DNA of 39,450 bases from an uncultured bacterium (GTDB lineage: Bacteria; SAR324; NAC60-12), in NCBI GenBank assembly GCA_964010765.1, contig CAXGMD010000023.1, positions 1 to 39,450 of the forward strand. The letters run 5' to 3'. The notes beneath the pieces are model-generated. The model was not told where the DNA came from, ran no database searches, and saw only the letters and a program-made list of their open reading frames with translations. This document shows, one piece after another, positions 36,867 to 39,450 of this stretch; position 1 is the first letter of the stretch, and each line of letters begins with the position of its first letter. Made by a program: the position numbers and the translations under genes.

Positions 36867-37684
36867 AGTCTTCTTTCCCAATCTTGCTGGGAGTGCTCAA
36901 TGTCACTCCAGATTCGTTCTCAGATGGGGGAAAGTTCCTGAAAGTTGAAGCAGCCCGTTTGCAGGCTCAGTGCATTGTTGAGGCAGGAGCAGATTGGCTG
37001 GACCTGGGTGGGGAATCCACAGGACCGGGTAGTGTGGAAGTGTCTCTGGAGGAAGAACTCCAGCGGGTACTGCCAGTGTTGGCCTGCATTCGGGAAGATC
37101 ATCCGGAATTGAGCGTCTCTATCGACACGTGGAAAGCCGAGGTCGCCCGCAGATGCCTCTCGATGGGAGCAAAGGTGATCAATGATGTGACCGCGCTGCG
37201 TCGAGATCCCGCAATGGTTGAAGTCGTTGCCGAGGCTGGGGTTCCTGTCGTCTTGATGCATGCCAAGGAAGCCGATGGCCGGACGACCCGAGCAGTCCAG
37301 CACTACGACGACGTGATTTCGACCGTGAAGGCCTTTTTTGAGGAAAGAGTCCTTTGGGCCACGCAGCATGGAATCCAGGAAGAACAGATCATTCTGGACC
37401 CGGGGTTGGGATTCTTTATCAGCGCCGAGGCTCGCTACAGCTTTGAGATCGTGCGTCGCTTGCCCGAATTGAAAGCGCTGGGCTTTCCGTTGTTGCTGGG
37501 ACCTTCCCGCAAGTCCTTCCTGGCTGGAGTTTCCCCCGGAAGAGCCCTATCGACCGAGGAACGCCTGATCCCCGGAGTTGCACTGTCTGCCATTGCAGCC
37601 TGGCTCGGCGTCGATATCCTACGGACCCATGATGTTCAAGCAGGACGACTCTTGCTGGATACGGTGCAAGCGCTTCGAGGATAG
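36863..37684 (+). CDS. folP: Dihydropteroate synthase
   Basis: GVLNVTPDSFSDGG, DLGGEST, SIDT, INDV, LDPGLGF, SRKSF, RTHDV. Confidence 0.96.
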   Translation: MKSSFPILLGVLNVTPDSFSDGGKFLKVEAARLQAQCIVEAGADWLDLGGESTGPGSVEVSLEEELQRVLPVLACIREDHPELSVSIDTWKAEVARRCLSMGAKVINDVTALRRDPAMVEVVAEAGVPVVLMHAKEADGRTTRAVQHYDDVISTVKAFFEERVLWATQHGIQEEQIILDPGLGFFISAEARYSFEIVRRLPELKALGFPLLLGPSRKSFLAGVSPGRALSTEERLIPGVALSAIAAWLGVDILRTHDVQAGRLLLDTVQALRG

Positions 37685-37817
37685 TGAGAAAATTTTGTCA
37701 ATTGATTTTTTATCGACTGATGATGCTATCAGTGCTAAATTACTTTGGGTTTTTCAAGTGATAGATTTGATGTATTTAAATCTATCAAGAGTAGAAAAAT
37801 AAATCATTATCGATAAA

Positions 37818-38501
37818 ATGATTAAGAGTAGAGAAGTGAATTTGAAAGAGAAATTAATTTGGATGAGTGGTTTACTATTGCTGGTTTCTTGTTCTTTTAA
37901 TGAAAATATACAATCTGATAAACTACTTAAGTTAAAGGAAGCAAAAGAGATTGTAGCAAGTGTATCAAAAATTAGTCCGATATATATAAAGCACTTGAAT
38001 GTTATATCTCCAGACCACCCTGCAGACGGTACGGGTGTTGTCGTTAGATATCAGAATATTTCTAATGAAACCCTCACATATGTCGATTTCGAAATTCAGC
38101 CATATGATTCAATGGGTAAAATCCAAGAATCAGCAATTGATAATAAGTCTGCAAAGATTGTAAGAGATGATGGACCAATTAAACCTATGGGTAATATTGC
38201 TGATGTAACTAAAAAAGTGTATTTTTTCGAAATAAATGTTCCAGGCGGAAATTGGAATTCAGTTTGGTTCAAAAAGGAAGTAGTTTGTATAGTAATTAAA
38301 AAAGTAACTATAGAAAAATTAGATGGATTAAAAATAATTATAGAAGATCCCGAGAAAATTAAGAAAATTTTTTCAAAAGGATCACATCATTACATAAATA
38401 AACACGACCAATCCTTTTTTAGGACAAACCAACTTTATAACGTTAATGATTGTACTTACGAAAACCAACTATCCGCTAATAATGACCAAGTGAAAAATTA
38501 A
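37818..38501 (+). CDS. AT-rich hypothetical lipoprotein (probably horizontally acquired)
   Basis: Lipobox LLLVSC, beta-rich YQNISNETLTYVDFEIQPYD segment, GC 15-30% in sampled 60-nt lines. Confidence 0.65.
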   Translation: MIKSREVNLKEKLIWMSGLLLLVSCSFNENIQSDKLLKLKEAKEIVASVSKISPIYIKHLNVISPDHPADGTGVVVRYQNISNETLTYVDFEIQPYDSMGKIQESAIDNKSAKIVRDDGPIKPMGNIADVTKKVYFFEINVPGGNWNSVWFKKEVVCIVIKKVTIEKLDGLKIIIEDPEKIKKIFSKGSHHYINKHDQSFFRTNQLYNVNDCTYENQLSANNDQVKN

Positions 38502-39060
38502 ATACTGTCCATCTGGAGATAATGGTTCCCCTGAAAGTGGTCCGCAGTGAGCTAGCTATAATCTTGGGGTAGTCGTACATCTGAGCAGTTTTCAAACGAA
38601 CTGGGGAGCGATTGACTATTTCCTCAGCAATATGTGAGACCTCCAGAGTATGACAGCGTTCGGATGCCTTTGTGGTGATTGCCAAATTCCTTCGCTTTGG
38701 GCCCAATGACCTGATACAGATGACCTTTAGCCTCTCACAAGATGGCTTGGGTAAGTTTCTGTTAGCTTGCTTAGACCAGAAGATGTTGGAGAATGACCTT
38801 TTCACGATGCGGGATCAGCTCGGTGTTGTGGGACTGATTGAATATGTCCATTCAGCAAGCTCACAAGATCAAATTTTCTCTACTCTTGGCATTCATAGAT
38901 AGCGTAGAAGACAGTTCCACTTGATTGGCTTCTATCACAAAGTGAGTTTTGACTTCTCTAGCCTCTATCCAGTACTGACCACTCTGATTGCAGTGACTCA
39001 TACTCTAATCCAGCAGTAAGCTTACCGATTGTGAAGAATTCTTTTCTTTTGCCTCAGAGA
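38500..39060 (-). pseudogene. Possible decayed gene (weak tyrosine-recombinase-like remnants)
   Basis: One minus-strand frame with several in-frame stops. Fragments GIRTLSYSGG and KTAQMY loosely echo HxLRHS and TTxxY. Confidence 0.2.
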
Positions 39061-39450
39061 GAAGAGTTTTCCCAGAGCAAAAATAGGCTGAGAAATTGTG
39101 CAAACAGTGTCTCCTATTTCCACTACATCTTATATTTCTACCGGTTGAGGTCTGAGAAGACTTCGCATAATGGTGTAGTGATGGTGATTCCCCAAGTATT
39201 TAAAAATTTTCTATACAAAAGTCTTCATCTGTAATCTGAGGTTGCTGATAAAGTGACCTCCTGATGTCCTGCCTGTCTGCAATTCCACACAAATAATCTC
39301 CATCCTTGGTCTCGAGTAAACCTGTCTGAAAAATTGTATAAATTTGAAATAGGTGAGAATTCAAAATTCAACTGAAACCATCTATTTTTAGTAAGATTGT
39401 CACAAGGGCTGGGAGAGGAGATCTGGAAGATTTTCTTGGGGAAAGAATTT

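Noticed and set aside
37759..37787. dif site interpretation of the dyad (centre TGTATT)
   Set aside because: The arms do not match the XerD arm TTATGTTAAAT, and the parS sites point to an origin-proximal rather than terminus location
1..39450. CRISPR array, rRNA, tRNA or intact IS element
   Set aside because: No regularly spaced direct repeats, cloverleafs, rRNA signatures or transposase ORFs seen by eye

Overview
Bacterial chromosomal window of mostly housekeeping genes, GC roughly 50% by eye. The gene content suggests a Gram-negative, possibly deltaproteobacterial/SAR324-like organism; this is an unverified inference. In order: (1) a tightly coupled + strand run recA-mnmH(selU)-large TPR protein-cmk-GlmU-like-glmS-homocysteine-methyltransferase-like gene; (2) TerB-like, HNH and thioredoxin-like genes; (3) two tandem CPA2/Kef-type antiporters with a CheY-like regulator and an unannotated 50-aa membrane peptide; (4) kdsD and an SDR gene; (5) a reduced isc operon (Rrf2/iscR-iscS-iscU-hscB-hscA, no iscA or fdx); (6) two parS sites, implying an origin-proximal location; (7) msbA-like and cysS; (8) hemJ, a TPR lipoprotein plus AlgE-like beta-barrel, hisB-hisH and ndk; (9) a second unannotated 50-aa peptide, a GC-rich structured intergenic segment (candidate ncRNA) and a porin; (10) a flavin reductase and a lipoprotein; (11) a MazF/PemK-type toxin-antitoxin pair coupled to folP; (12) an AT-rich, probably foreign and decaying right end. 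The best leads are the ~200-nt structured RNA candidate at 32658-32880, the two apparently catalytically degenerate enzyme homologues flanking glmS, and the tandem Kef-like paralogs lacking the KTN GxGxxG motif. I found no CRISPR array, rRNA or tRNA.
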